From: Acholeplasma laidlawii PG-8A
GTDB lineage: Bacteria; Bacillota_I; Bacilli_A; Acholeplasmatales; Acholeplasmataceae
Reading direction: 5' to 3'
DNA length: 32,000 nt
Assembly (NCBI RefSeq): GCF_000018785.1
Contig: NC_010163.1
Location: 900,001 to 932,000 of the forward strand
Each line of letters begins with the position of its first letter. Position 1 is the stretch's first letter. The translations under genes and the position numbers were made by a program. A model generated the notes under the pieces. It did not search any database, was not told the origin of the DNA, and saw only the letters and a program-made list of their open reading frames with translations. Shown in pieces: positions 8,660 to 17,511 of the stretch.

Positions 8660-9085
8660 CTAGAAATTACTCATTTTTTCAAGTATATAAGTAACTGCAT
8701 CCATATAAGACTGCTCTTTTTTACCAAAAAATGTTTGATTTACCACATCTTTTATATAATTTATCTTTCTAAAAGCTTCTCGTTCATAAATATTTGATAA
8801 ATGAACTTCCACTTTAATTAACTTAATTGTTTCTAAACAATCTCTAATAGCAATCGACGTATGTGTATATGCACCTGCATTGATTACGATAGCATCACAT
8901 GCTGTTTCTTGAAGAAAATCAATGATTGCACCTTCATGATTACTTTGGAAAAATTCAAAGTCTACTTTAGGAAATGTATTTTGAATATGACAATTGATAT
9001 CATCAAGTGTCATCATGCCATAATGATTTACATCTCTTTTACCTAACATATTTAAATTTGGACCATGAACAATAGCTATCTTCAT
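8660..9085 (-). CDS. aroQ: Type II 3-dehydroquinate dehydratase
   Basis: IVHGPNLNMLGKRD, FQSNHEG, NAGAYTHTSIAIRD and VEVHLSNI are the type II DHQase signatures. ATGA start/stop overlap with aroK. Confidence 0.92.
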   Translation of the reverse strand: MKIAIVHGPNLNMLGKRDVNHYGMMTLDDINCHIQNTFPKVDFEFFQSNHEGAIIDFLQETACDAIVINAGAYTHTSIAIRDCLETIKLIKVEVHLSNIYEREAFRKINYIKDVVNQTFFGKKEQSYMDAVTYILEKMSNF

Positions 9086-9573
9086 TTATTTTTCCAATCC
9101 GTAACAATCTTAACTAAGTCTGATACAGCTTTAGTTATATCATCACTGTTTGATACTATTTTATCAGCAAACCCTTGATATTTTAAAAATCTAATATCAT
9201 AAAGTTCTTCTAAGGTCATAGATTTTAATAAAGGTCTATCATAACTAGATTTTAATCTTTTTTCTATTGTTTCAATCGGTGTATTAATATAAATTTTTAG
9301 TCCATCCATCAAAGCTTTGTTTGCCTTCTTCATGACTATACCACCACCGGTTGAAATGACGTAATCTTTACCGATGAAATCTTTTAGGCTTTCAGTTTCA
9401 ATTTCTCTGAATTTTTCTTCGCCATACATTCCAAATATTTCATCAATGTAAAGTAAATATTTTTGTTCAATATACTGATCAAGATCGATAAATGTCTTAT
9501 TAAGTTCTACTGCTAACCTTTTACCTAACGTGGTTTTACCACTTCCCGGCATACCAATTAAATATATATTCAT
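9082..9573 (-). CDS. aroK: Shikimate kinase
   Basis: 163 aa. P-loop GMPGSGKTTLGK, a DLD motif and STGGG. It lies 4 nt downstream of miaA. Confidence 0.88.
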   Translation of the reverse strand: MNIYLIGMPGSGKTTLGKRLAVELNKTFIDLDQYIEQKYLLYIDEIFGMYGEEKFREIETESLKDFIGKDYVISTGGGIVMKKANKALMDGLKIYINTPIETIEKRLKSSYDRPLLKSMTLEELYDIRFLKYQGFADKIVSNSDDITKAVSDLVKIVTDWKNK

Positions 9574-9577
9574 AACT

Positions 9578-10420
9578 TTATACTCCGATAAATTCTTTGA
9601 TGTCTTTTAAACACTCATCTAGCAAATCAGGGCTTAAAGCATTATATACTTTAGGCTTCATTTGATTGATAAACCATGTTTTTTGTCTTTTAGCAAATCT
9701 CATTGTTGCAGTAATAATCTTTTCTTTAGCAGTGTCTAAATCATTCATACCATTTAAATAATCTTTGATTTCACGATAGCCTATAATATTTAAATCGTAG
9801 TTTATTAAAGCTTTAGTCTCTTCAATAAATCCCTTTTCAATCATGAGATCTAATCTAGTTTCTAATCTTTTTTTCAAGATTTTTCTATCCATATCCAAAT
9901 AAATTAAATAGATGTCATAGAGTGGTTCGTTCTTTTTAGTTTTGTTACTTCGCTTTTGACCACTGATGATTGTTCTATATGCAGATTCTATACGTCTAGG
10001 ATTATTTAGATCTATTTCAATATCCGGATCTGCTTTTCTAATAACTTCAATCATTTCATTAATGTTTGGAAATTCAACGTTATCTTGTTGCTCAAATTCA
10101 TAATTATAAAGCGCGGACTTAACATATAAACCACTACCACCTACGATAAATGGTTTATCTATTTGATCAATTAGCGTGCGAACATCTTGTTGAAAATTAT
10201 AAACTGTATAGGGTTCATCTAAGGCTACATGACTGATTAAATGATGTTTTACACCATCCATTTCATCAGTTGTTATCTTAGCTGATCCAATATCTAGTTT
10301 CTTATAAATACTTACACTATCACCATTAATAATTTCAGCGCCTAATGATTTGGCAAGTTTTACAGATAATGCAGTCTTCCCACTACCTGTAGGTCCCACA
10401 ATACAAACGACTTTTTTCAT
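9578..10420 (-). CDS. miaA: tRNA dimethylallyltransferase
   Basis: P-loop GPTGSGKTALS, then NGDSVSIYKKLDIGSAK and the C-terminal RFAKRQKTWF motif. ATGA overlap with the mutL stop. Confidence 0.93.
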   Translation of the reverse strand: MKKVVCIVGPTGSGKTALSVKLAKSLGAEIINGDSVSIYKKLDIGSAKITTDEMDGVKHHLISHVALDEPYTVYNFQQDVRTLIDQIDKPFIVGGSGLYVKSALYNYEFEQQDNVEFPNINEMIEVIRKADPDIEIDLNNPRRIESAYRTIISGQKRSNKTKKNEPLYDIYLIYLDMDRKILKKRLETRLDLMIEKGFIEETKALINYDLNIIGYREIKDYLNGMNDLDTAKEKIITATMRFAKRQKTWFINQMKPKVYNALSPDLLDECLKDIKEFIGV

Positions 10421-12129
10421 ACGATACGCTTAAACATTTTCTCAATATCTTGATTAGAAAGTTTAATTAATACAGGACGTCCATGTGGGCAGGTATACGG
10501 ATTTTTACACTGTCTTAAATCATTTTCTATTTTTTTTATTTCTTGTAGGGATAGTTGTCGGTTTGCTTTAATTGCACCTTTACATGCAATATCTTTAGCT
10601 AGTTGGTTTCTTAAGATCTTTAGATCAATTTTGCCATTATCTTGAAGCTGATCTACTAAAGCATGCACTGCTTTATCAAGTTCATTTTCACGTAACCATG
10701 TAGGATGTTTTACAACACTAGCATTCTCAAATTCAAAGCCAATATGTTTTAATAAATGACGATGTGTATGTAAAATTAATGCATCTTGTTCAGTGATATG
10801 TAGATCTTTAGCAACTAAGAGTTCATAGTAATCACTCTTTAAGGCACCAACTTTATCTTCATAATATTCATAGCGAATACGTTCTGCAGCAGCATGTTGA
10901 TCCATTAGGAAGAGTCCTTCATCATTTTGATACAGTAAGTAAGTACCTGAAAGTGTTCCAATATACTCTAAATGTGGTAGTTTTTCAGTTTCTACAATCA
11001 GTGATTCAACTACTGGTGCCTCATTAAGTTCAAATAACTGTTCTGGTAAATCTTCTTGTTTAACAAAATCAAAGATGTCAATAATGGTTGGTTTAAATAA
11101 GTCTTTTCTAACTTCGGTAATTGCTTGCCTAATTGGCATATTACCAGATTCTAAGGTTTTTCTTATCTCTGGTGCTAGTTGATATGCAAACATACGCTCG
11201 TTAGCAAGTTTAGCCTCCATCTTTTGAGGATGGACATTCACATCCACTAAACTTGGATCTAGCGTAATATATAGTAAGCACAATGGATATTTGTTTGTCA
11301 TTAAAAATGTTTGATAACCATCAATAATACTTTGACTAATGACATAGTTTTTAATATATCTTTGATTAATAAAGATGTTGATGTCACTTCGTTTAGAACG
11401 AACAAATTTAGGATCTACTAAATAGGCATCTACTTTAATTTTACCTAGATATGTAGATAATACTTTCATACCTTCAGTTATCTTTTTACCATAGATTGCT
11501 TCTATGAGTTGATTCATTTGGTTATTGCCCAATGTAGATTTTACTAATTTATTATCCATATAAAGTTTAAAACTAATCGTTGGATGTGAAAGTGCTAGTT
11601 TGTCAACTATTTCAGTGATTGCATTTTTTTCTGCGTATTCAGATTTCATGTACTTAAAGCGTGCCGGCGTATTATAAAAGAGTTCTTTAACAATAATTTT
11701 AGTGCCCTTATTTAATACTGCAACACCTTCATCAACAACCTTAGAATTTTCTAACTTTAAAAAGTATCCGTCGCCAGCATCTGTTCTAGACATAATCTCA
11801 ATTTTAGATACAGATAAAATAGAAGGGAGTGCCTCACCTCTAAAACCTAGGGATCTGATATCATTTAAATCTGATATTTTAAATATCTTTGATGTAGCAT
11901 GTCTAAGAAAAGCTTTATGAAGGTTTTCTCTAGTCATACCACTTCCATCATCGGTAACGCTGATGGATTCAAGTCCCATATTATGAACTTCTATACTTAT
12001 GTTTTTGGCTTCTGCATCAATTGCATTTTCAACTAATTCTTTGATGACTGATGCAGGACGTTCAACGACTTCACCAGCTGCAATTGTATTGGCAAGCGCC
12101 ATATCCATAATGGCTATATTTTTCATCAT
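10417..12129 (-). CDS. mutL: DNA mismatch repair protein MutL (endonuclease type)
   Basis: GHKL ATPase N-terminus (IAAGEVVERPASVIKELVENAIDA, DDGSGM). The C-terminal endonuclease motifs DQHAAAERIRYE and CPHGRP are present. Confidence 0.95.
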   Translation of the reverse strand: MMKNIAIMDMALANTIAAGEVVERPASVIKELVENAIDAEAKNISIEVHNMGLESISVTDDGSGMTRENLHKAFLRHATSKIFKISDLNDIRSLGFRGEALPSILSVSKIEIMSRTDAGDGYFLKLENSKVVDEGVAVLNKGTKIIVKELFYNTPARFKYMKSEYAEKNAITEIVDKLALSHPTISFKLYMDNKLVKSTLGNNQMNQLIEAIYGKKITEGMKVLSTYLGKIKVDAYLVDPKFVRSKRSDINIFINQRYIKNYVISQSIIDGYQTFLMTNKYPLCLLYITLDPSLVDVNVHPQKMEAKLANERMFAYQLAPEIRKTLESGNMPIRQAITEVRKDLFKPTIIDIFDFVKQEDLPEQLFELNEAPVVESLIVETEKLPHLEYIGTLSGTYLLYQNDEGLFLMDQHAAAERIRYEYYEDKVGALKSDYYELLVAKDLHITEQDALILHTHRHLLKHIGFEFENASVVKHPTWLRENELDKAVHALVDQLQDNGKIDLKILRNQLAKDIACKGAIKANRQLSLQEIKKIENDLRQCKNPYTCPHGRPVLIKLSNQDIEKMFKRIV

Positions 12130-12136
12130 TAAATCC

Positions 12137-14662
12137 TTATTTTTTTTCTTTACTTAAACTTTGTAGATATTTTAATTTAATCAAAGCATCAAGCGGTGTC
12201 ATTTGATTAATATCCAAGTCATTGATGTGATTTAATAAATCCTGAATATCATGCGGAATGATTTGTCCAAGTTCTACTTTTTCTTCAAACATAAATAGAT
12301 TATGATCAATGCCTTTTCCATCTTTTTCTAATTTTTTAAGTAAGTATTTAGCACGTTTAATCACCGGATCCGGTAGATGTGCTAGGGCTGCTACTTGAAT
12401 ACCATAGGATTTATCTGATGAACCAAGTTCAACTTGGTGTAGGAATACCATATGGTCTTTTTGTTCGATAGCTTTAACGTGTAAGTTAGTTATAAGATCA
12501 TGTTTTTCTGATAATTTAGTCAGTTCATGATAGTGTGTTGAAAACATCATTTGAGCTTTGATTTGGGTATGTACATACTCAATCATCGCCTGAGCAAGTG
12601 CAAGTCCATCATAGGTTGCAGTACCTCGTCCTATTTCATCAAATAAAATAAGAGAGTTTTCTGTTGCATAAGTGAGTGCATCATTTGCCTCAACCATCTC
12701 AACCATAAATGTAGACTTACCACCTGAGATATCATCACTTGAACCAATACGTGTAAATATTGCATCATATATTGGTAAATTTGCAGATGTAGCGGGTACA
12801 AACATACCAGTTTGAGCCATAACAGTAATGACTGCAAACATACGCATATAAGTCGATTTACCACTCATGTTTGGTCCAGTTAAAATAAATATTTCACTTG
12901 GTTTCATGTGAATATGGTTTTTAATGAACTCAACATGTTGTTCCACAACTGGGTGACGTCCATTTTCTATATCTACAATGCGGTTATGATTGAGTTTTGG
13001 TCTAACATATTTATACATTTCTGCTACTTTTGATAAACTGATATATTTATCAACTGATGCAATAATTTGACTTAATAATTGAAGTTCATGTGTATACGTT
13101 TTAGCAGTTTCTTTAATTTGATTAAATATTTCATACTCTAGTTTATCTGCTCTATCTTTAGAGGATAAAATCTTATTTTCTGCATTCTTTAAATCTTCTG
13201 TAATATAACGTTCTGCATTAGCTAGTGTTTGTTTTCTAATATAACCAAATTCCTCTTGAATGAGTGGAATATTTCCTTTAGATACTTCAATAAAATATCC
13301 AAATACACGGTTATAACCTACCTTTAAGTTCTTAATTCCGGTACGTTCTTTTTCCTCATTTTCAAACTTTTCTAACCATAAGTCACCGTTTTTAGCAATA
13401 CTTCTAAATTCATCTAAAGTTTCATCATATCCATCTTTGATGATGCCACCTTCTTTAACAGTTAGGGGTGGTTCATTTTCAATCGATGCATCAAGTAATT
13501 GAAATAAAGTTTCAAAAACATCTACCTTATCATTCATTTCATCAATAAGTGGATTATCAAATGAATCTAAAACTTCTTTAAACTCTGGAATAAGACTAAG
13601 TGTTGTTTTAAGTTGAACTAAATCTCTAGCGTGTGTTTGGTTACTTGAAACACGTCCTACTAATCTATTTAAGTCATAAACTTGTTCTAGTATAGATTCA
13701 AGTTTATTTCTTGGTTCAAATTGTGTAAAAGCTTCAATATAATCATATCTTTTTTCTAGTAATTCTTTATCCTTTAAAGGATGTGTTAATTCATATCTTA
13801 GTAATCTAGAACCCATTGCAGTGGAAGTTTTATCAATCCACTGAATCAAGGTAGAATTGATATTTCCTGTTAAGGATTCTGTTAACTCTAAGTGATTTAA
13901 GACCTGGTGATCAAGTCTCATATATTGATCAACAATGACACTTTCAAAAGGCATTAAGTGAGATAAATCAAGTTTAGATTCTTTTTCTAAGTAATTAATT
14001 AATAAAGAACCAGCTTCTTTGAGATGCTTTTCTTTTAAATTTCTTACAATTCTAGTATTTTGAACTTCTTGATTCGTATAAATGGATACTAAAATACTTT
14101 CTTGTTTAAAAAAGTTTAATAAATAAATGTCCGAAGTGTTTGTTAAAACGATTTCTTTGAGTTTTAAATTAGATACTTCATCAGTTAAAGCTTGTTTGGT
14201 TAGACCATTTAAGATAAATGTATCACCCGTTGAAATATCTGCATAACTTAATATATATCCATATTCTGATAAAGATACTGAACCGATAAAGTTATATTCA
14301 TTTTTGGGTAGAATATCATCATCAATAATCATACCAGGAGTAATGAGTTGAACAACTTCACGTTCAACTAAACCCTTACCGGGTTCTGATGTTTGTTCAA
14401 CAATTGCGATTTTAAAGCCTTTAGTAATTAGTTTTTGAATGTATACTTTCGCTGCATGATGCGGTACACCACACATTGGAACAGTTTGACCTGCTTCCTT
14501 TTTAGTAAGCGTTATTTCTAGAACCTTGGATGCAGTAATCGCGTCATCAAAAAACATTTCATAGAAATCACCAAGTCTAAAAAAGACTATCGCATCTGCG
14601 TAGTCTTCTTTAATTTTTAAGTATTGTTGCATCATAGGTGTGTATTTAGAAATATCTGACAT
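12137..14662 (-). CDS. mutS: DNA mismatch repair protein MutS
   Basis: TPMMQQYL and GDFYEMF mismatch-binding motifs, Walker A GPNMSGKST, Walker B ILFDEIGRGT and STHYHEL. SD AAGGAAG. Confidence 0.96.
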   Translation of the reverse strand: MSDISKYTPMMQQYLKIKEDYADAIVFFRLGDFYEMFFDDAITASKVLEITLTKKEAGQTVPMCGVPHHAAKVYIQKLITKGFKIAIVEQTSEPGKGLVEREVVQLITPGMIIDDDILPKNEYNFIGSVSLSEYGYILSYADISTGDTFILNGLTKQALTDEVSNLKLKEIVLTNTSDIYLLNFFKQESILVSIYTNQEVQNTRIVRNLKEKHLKEAGSLLINYLEKESKLDLSHLMPFESVIVDQYMRLDHQVLNHLELTESLTGNINSTLIQWIDKTSTAMGSRLLRYELTHPLKDKELLEKRYDYIEAFTQFEPRNKLESILEQVYDLNRLVGRVSSNQTHARDLVQLKTTLSLIPEFKEVLDSFDNPLIDEMNDKVDVFETLFQLLDASIENEPPLTVKEGGIIKDGYDETLDEFRSIAKNGDLWLEKFENEEKERTGIKNLKVGYNRVFGYFIEVSKGNIPLIQEEFGYIRKQTLANAERYITEDLKNAENKILSSKDRADKLEYEIFNQIKETAKTYTHELQLLSQIIASVDKYISLSKVAEMYKYVRPKLNHNRIVDIENGRHPVVEQHVEFIKNHIHMKPSEIFILTGPNMSGKSTYMRMFAVITVMAQTGMFVPATSANLPIYDAIFTRIGSSDDISGGKSTFMVEMVEANDALTYATENSLILFDEIGRGTATYDGLALAQAMIEYVHTQIKAQMMFSTHYHELTKLSEKHDLITNLHVKAIEQKDHMVFLHQVELGSSDKSYGIQVAALAHLPDPVIKRAKYLLKKLEKDGKGIDHNLFMFEEKVELGQIIPHDIQDLLNHINDLDINQMTPLDALIKLKYLQSLSKEKK

Positions 14663-14677
14663 GTTTACTTCCTTATT

Positions 14678-16576
14678 TTATACATAATATTGTGACATAT
14701 CATGTGCAGAACCAAATAGTGGTTCTATGATGGAATCTCTTAAGAATGGTCCTATAAATGGTATGTTTTCATATCCATAAGTAAATTCTAATCTCCAAAT
14801 GCCATAGAAAACTACAAAGACTAAAAGCACAAATGTAATAAATCCTAATAAGAAAAACATGAATCCACGAGATTTTTTAACTTTTTTCTTACTGTCAGGA
14901 TGACTTATTTTTTCTATAGCTTCAGCTAACTTAGTGGTTTCTGATGCTTCTTTTTGTTCTACAACTTGAACTTTTGATCCAATAGAAGCAAACACTAGTA
15001 ATCCTGTAATAATAAATCCTGTAAATAGTGTAATCACACCTAGCACTTTAAGTGACTTCATTGAAGGTTTTCTTAGGAGTTTAATAAATGCATATAAGTT
15101 TACTAACGAAAGTACAATAGAACCATAGTTGACAACTAACTTCATAGTAGCATCTAAATCAGCAACCATTTGATTTGCTTCCACTAAGAATGGTGCAATA
15201 AGTAGACCAAATGAAAGGAGTGATACCCAAGCAAATCCAACCGCAAAGACTAGTGATAATAAAGCAGCAAGTACACCAATTCCACGTTTGTAATGGAATT
15301 CTTTAGTCATTGTTTTACCATCAATCTCAAATGGTTTTTCAGGATCAAGTTCTGGTGCATCAGAATCATCTTCTCTTAACAGTTCTTGAATAAGTACTTC
15401 TTGATTCACCATCATATTAGTTGGTTGTGGTCTAACGACTTGTTCTTCTTTTATGAGCGGTTCTTGAACCACTACAGGTTCAGGTCTAATTGAATTTTCA
15501 ATGTGAACACTAAACTCTTTTTCTTTAAAACTTTCAGCTAATTTGGTAAATGCTTCAGTTAGTTTATCAAGTTGAGGTCTATAATCAATAACATCGGCGT
15601 TTACGACAACATTTGGCGTCACAGTAGGTTCAACTACCTTTTCAATAATCATAGGTTTAGGTTCAACTACTGTTTCAGTTTTTACTACTGGTTTAGGTAC
15701 TTCTTTTTTAACTACAGGCTCATCAAGATTTTCGTATACTTCTTGAGACTGTGGTACGAAATAAGTTGACTTAGTTTCTTCTGCATTTGATAGAATAAAT
15801 TCAATTATTTCTTCTTTTTTAAGTTCAGTAGATACTTTGATGTCATGATCTTTAGCAAATCTTTCAAGTAAAATAATATTTTGTGTTTTTAATTTCTTTT
15901 CAAGATCTGGTGTAAGCTCATTACGTTCTTTTAATTTATCTAAAATCACTTGAAGCATTTCGTTTTTCTTTAAGCGCTTTGGAATTGGAGCATTATACTT
16001 TTCACCAATACCTCTTAATTCAGTTAGGGTGGTTGCTTTATAAGTAACCGGTCTAAATTGAGCTTGTGTTACACCATCAATTTCCCCGTTTTCATCATAT
16101 AAAACAGTATTTAAAGCTTTATTGAAGTCCAGAGTAAGTGGGCGTTTATTGCTCTTAATTGAATTATCAGCTTCGATAAATAGTCTTTCAATATCGCTAT
16201 CGGATACACCTTTAACAACTATATAGTCTAAAAAATCTCTCCAGAAACCAGTGAGATAAAGATTACCTAAGGATGTTGATTTATACCATTCTAATAAGTT
16301 AACTAATTGTGTATCGGTAAACTTACTAAACCATGTTAATTTGTAACCCATTTCATCGGCAAGTGTTTTTCTTTCTTCAATTGTGCGCTCAACAGGTTCT
16401 TTTAACACTTTGGATAAAACATTCATGCGTAATTTACGCGGAATAGTTAAACCAATAGATTGTAAAAACTCAGCTAGATAAGTTCCTGATACAAAACTTA
16501 ACTTAGTGACCAAATCATCGACTTGGTATTTCCCTTTTTTTGTAACAAACAAACCCTCTTTATTGAATACTGCCAT
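14678..16576 (-). CDS. Uncharacterised membrane-anchored protein: cytoplasmic N-terminal region with three HeH/Rho_N-like motifs, a P/V/E-rich linker and 4-5 C-terminal TM helices
   Basis: 632-aa ORF with a strong SD (AAGGGGGA, 7-nt spacing). It ends 15 nt before the mutS ATG. I recognise no named family. Motifs and TM segments are described in findings. Confidence 0.75.
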   Translation of the reverse strand: MAVFNKEGLFVTKKGKYQVDDLVTKLSFVSGTYLAEFLQSIGLTIPRKLRMNVLSKVLKEPVERTIEERKTLADEMGYKLTWFSKFTDTQLVNLLEWYKSTSLGNLYLTGFWRDFLDYIVVKGVSDSDIERLFIEADNSIKSNKRPLTLDFNKALNTVLYDENGEIDGVTQAQFRPVTYKATTLTELRGIGEKYNAPIPKRLKKNEMLQVILDKLKERNELTPDLEKKLKTQNIILLERFAKDHDIKVSTELKKEEIIEFILSNAEETKSTYFVPQSQEVYENLDEPVVKKEVPKPVVKTETVVEPKPMIIEKVVEPTVTPNVVVNADVIDYRPQLDKLTEAFTKLAESFKEKEFSVHIENSIRPEPVVVQEPLIKEEQVVRPQPTNMMVNQEVLIQELLREDDSDAPELDPEKPFEIDGKTMTKEFHYKRGIGVLAALLSLVFAVGFAWVSLLSFGLLIAPFLVEANQMVADLDATMKLVVNYGSIVLSLVNLYAFIKLLRKPSMKSLKVLGVITLFTGFIITGLLVFASIGSKVQVVEQKEASETTKLAEAIEKISHPDSKKKVKKSRGFMFFLLGFITFVLLVFVVFYGIWRLEFTYGYENIPFIGPFLRDSIIEPLFGSAHDMSQYYV

Positions 16577-16609
16577 AAGAAATTCCCCCTTATCATATAG
16601 ACTATTTTA

Positions 16610-16639
16610 ATTATAACATATAATATTTTATAAAAACAA
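16610..16639 (-). promoter_or_regulatory. Candidate promoter of the 632-aa-gene/mutS operon
   Basis: On the - strand: TGTTATAAT extended -10 (complement of 16610-16618) with a weak -35 TTGTTT at 18-nt spacing (complement of 16634-16639). Confidence 0.35.
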
Positions 16640-16685
16640 ACATTTGAGTGAGTCATATAGGTCAATTATTGCCTTAATATAACAT

Positions 16686-17456
16686 TTAAACTAATTTATG
16701 AGTTTCCTCTAAATGTATTTTTTCAATTTTCTTTGTAGGACTTAGCGTAAATAAACATGCATTTAATTGACGTCTACCTAGTGCTACTTCGTTTGGTCTA
16801 CTTTGACCATGGATAAATCTGTCTATGATAATTTCTTTTTTAACACCTATGACACCATCTAGTGGTCCTGTCATGCCTACATCTGTGAGATAGAGTGTAC
16901 CATTATCAAGTAATCTATCGTCATTTGTTTGAATGTGCGTATGTGTTCCCACCATCATATCAACTTTACCTTCTAAAAAGTAAGCCATCGCTATTTTTTC
17001 AGATGTTGTTTCAGCATGAAAATCTAATAGTGCATAGTCATAAGTTTCTTTGTCTAAAACTTCTTTAACCATCATAAATGGCGGTTCATAATCTTCATTC
17101 ATAAACGCTTTTCCAAGTGCGTTGATCACTAATACTTTTTGACCGTTATAGTTGATGATTCTATAACCACTGCCTAAATTAGATCCATCATTGATTGGTC
17201 GAATGATATTGCTATCTTCAATAAATGTTTTAAGTTCAGGGTTCTTCCATGTGTGGTTACCCATAGTTAAAAGTGATATACCAGCTTGCATAAGTTTTTT
17301 ATATATCTTTTTATTAATACCGCGTCCATTTGCAGAGTTTTCTGCATTTGCAATGATTAAATTAGGTTGGTATGTTTGTCTTAGGTATGTGATATTTTCT
17401 AATAAGTAATCTATACCAGGATCACCATAGATATCACCAATAAATAATATTTTCAT
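16686..17456 (-). CDS. ymdB: 2',3'-cyclic-nucleotide 2'-phosphodiesterase YmdB (calcineurin-like metallophosphoesterase)
   Basis: MKILFIGDIYG, NAENSANGRGI, MGNHTW, DFHAETTSEK and GTHTHIQTND match the YmdB metal-binding motifs. It lies immediately downstream of rny, as in Bacillus. Confidence 0.92.
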   Translation of the reverse strand: MKILFIGDIYGDPGIDYLLENITYLRQTYQPNLIIANAENSANGRGINKKIYKKLMQAGISLLTMGNHTWKNPELKTFIEDSNIIRPINDGSNLGSGYRIINYNGQKVLVINALGKAFMNEDYEPPFMMVKEVLDKETYDYALLDFHAETTSEKIAMAYFLEGKVDMMVGTHTHIQTNDDRLLDNGTLYLTDVGMTGPLDGVIGVKKEIIIDRFIHGQSRPNEVALGRRQLNACLFTLSPTKKIEKIHLEETHKLV

Positions 17457-17471
17457 ACATCCATTATATAT

Positions 17472-17497
17472 GAAAAAGAGGCAAAACTGCCTCTTTA
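17472..17497 (-). terminator. Hairpin with T-tract between rny and ymdB (partial terminator or processing site)
   Basis: 9-bp stem 17475-17483 (aaagaggca) / 17488-17496 (tgcctcttt) with a 4-nt loop. On the - strand it is followed by TTTTT. Confidence 0.5.
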
Positions 17498-17511
17498 CAT
17501 TAAACTTTATT

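Noticed and set aside
12631-12864. Same-strand 77-aa alternative-frame ORF inside mutS
   Set aside because: It overlaps the conserved MutS ATPase region. It has no SD and is rich in Leu/Gln/Met, consistent with an off-frame reading of mutS. There is no slippery site suggesting a programmed frameshift.
15300-15760. The P/V/E/K-rich segment of the 632-aa protein, considered as a DNA-level tandem repeat or contingency locus
   Set aside because: The amino-acid motifs (VVEPKP, VVEPTV, PVVK) recur, but by eye the underlying DNA is not a regular tandem repeat. It is a low-complexity protein linker rather than a repeat array.
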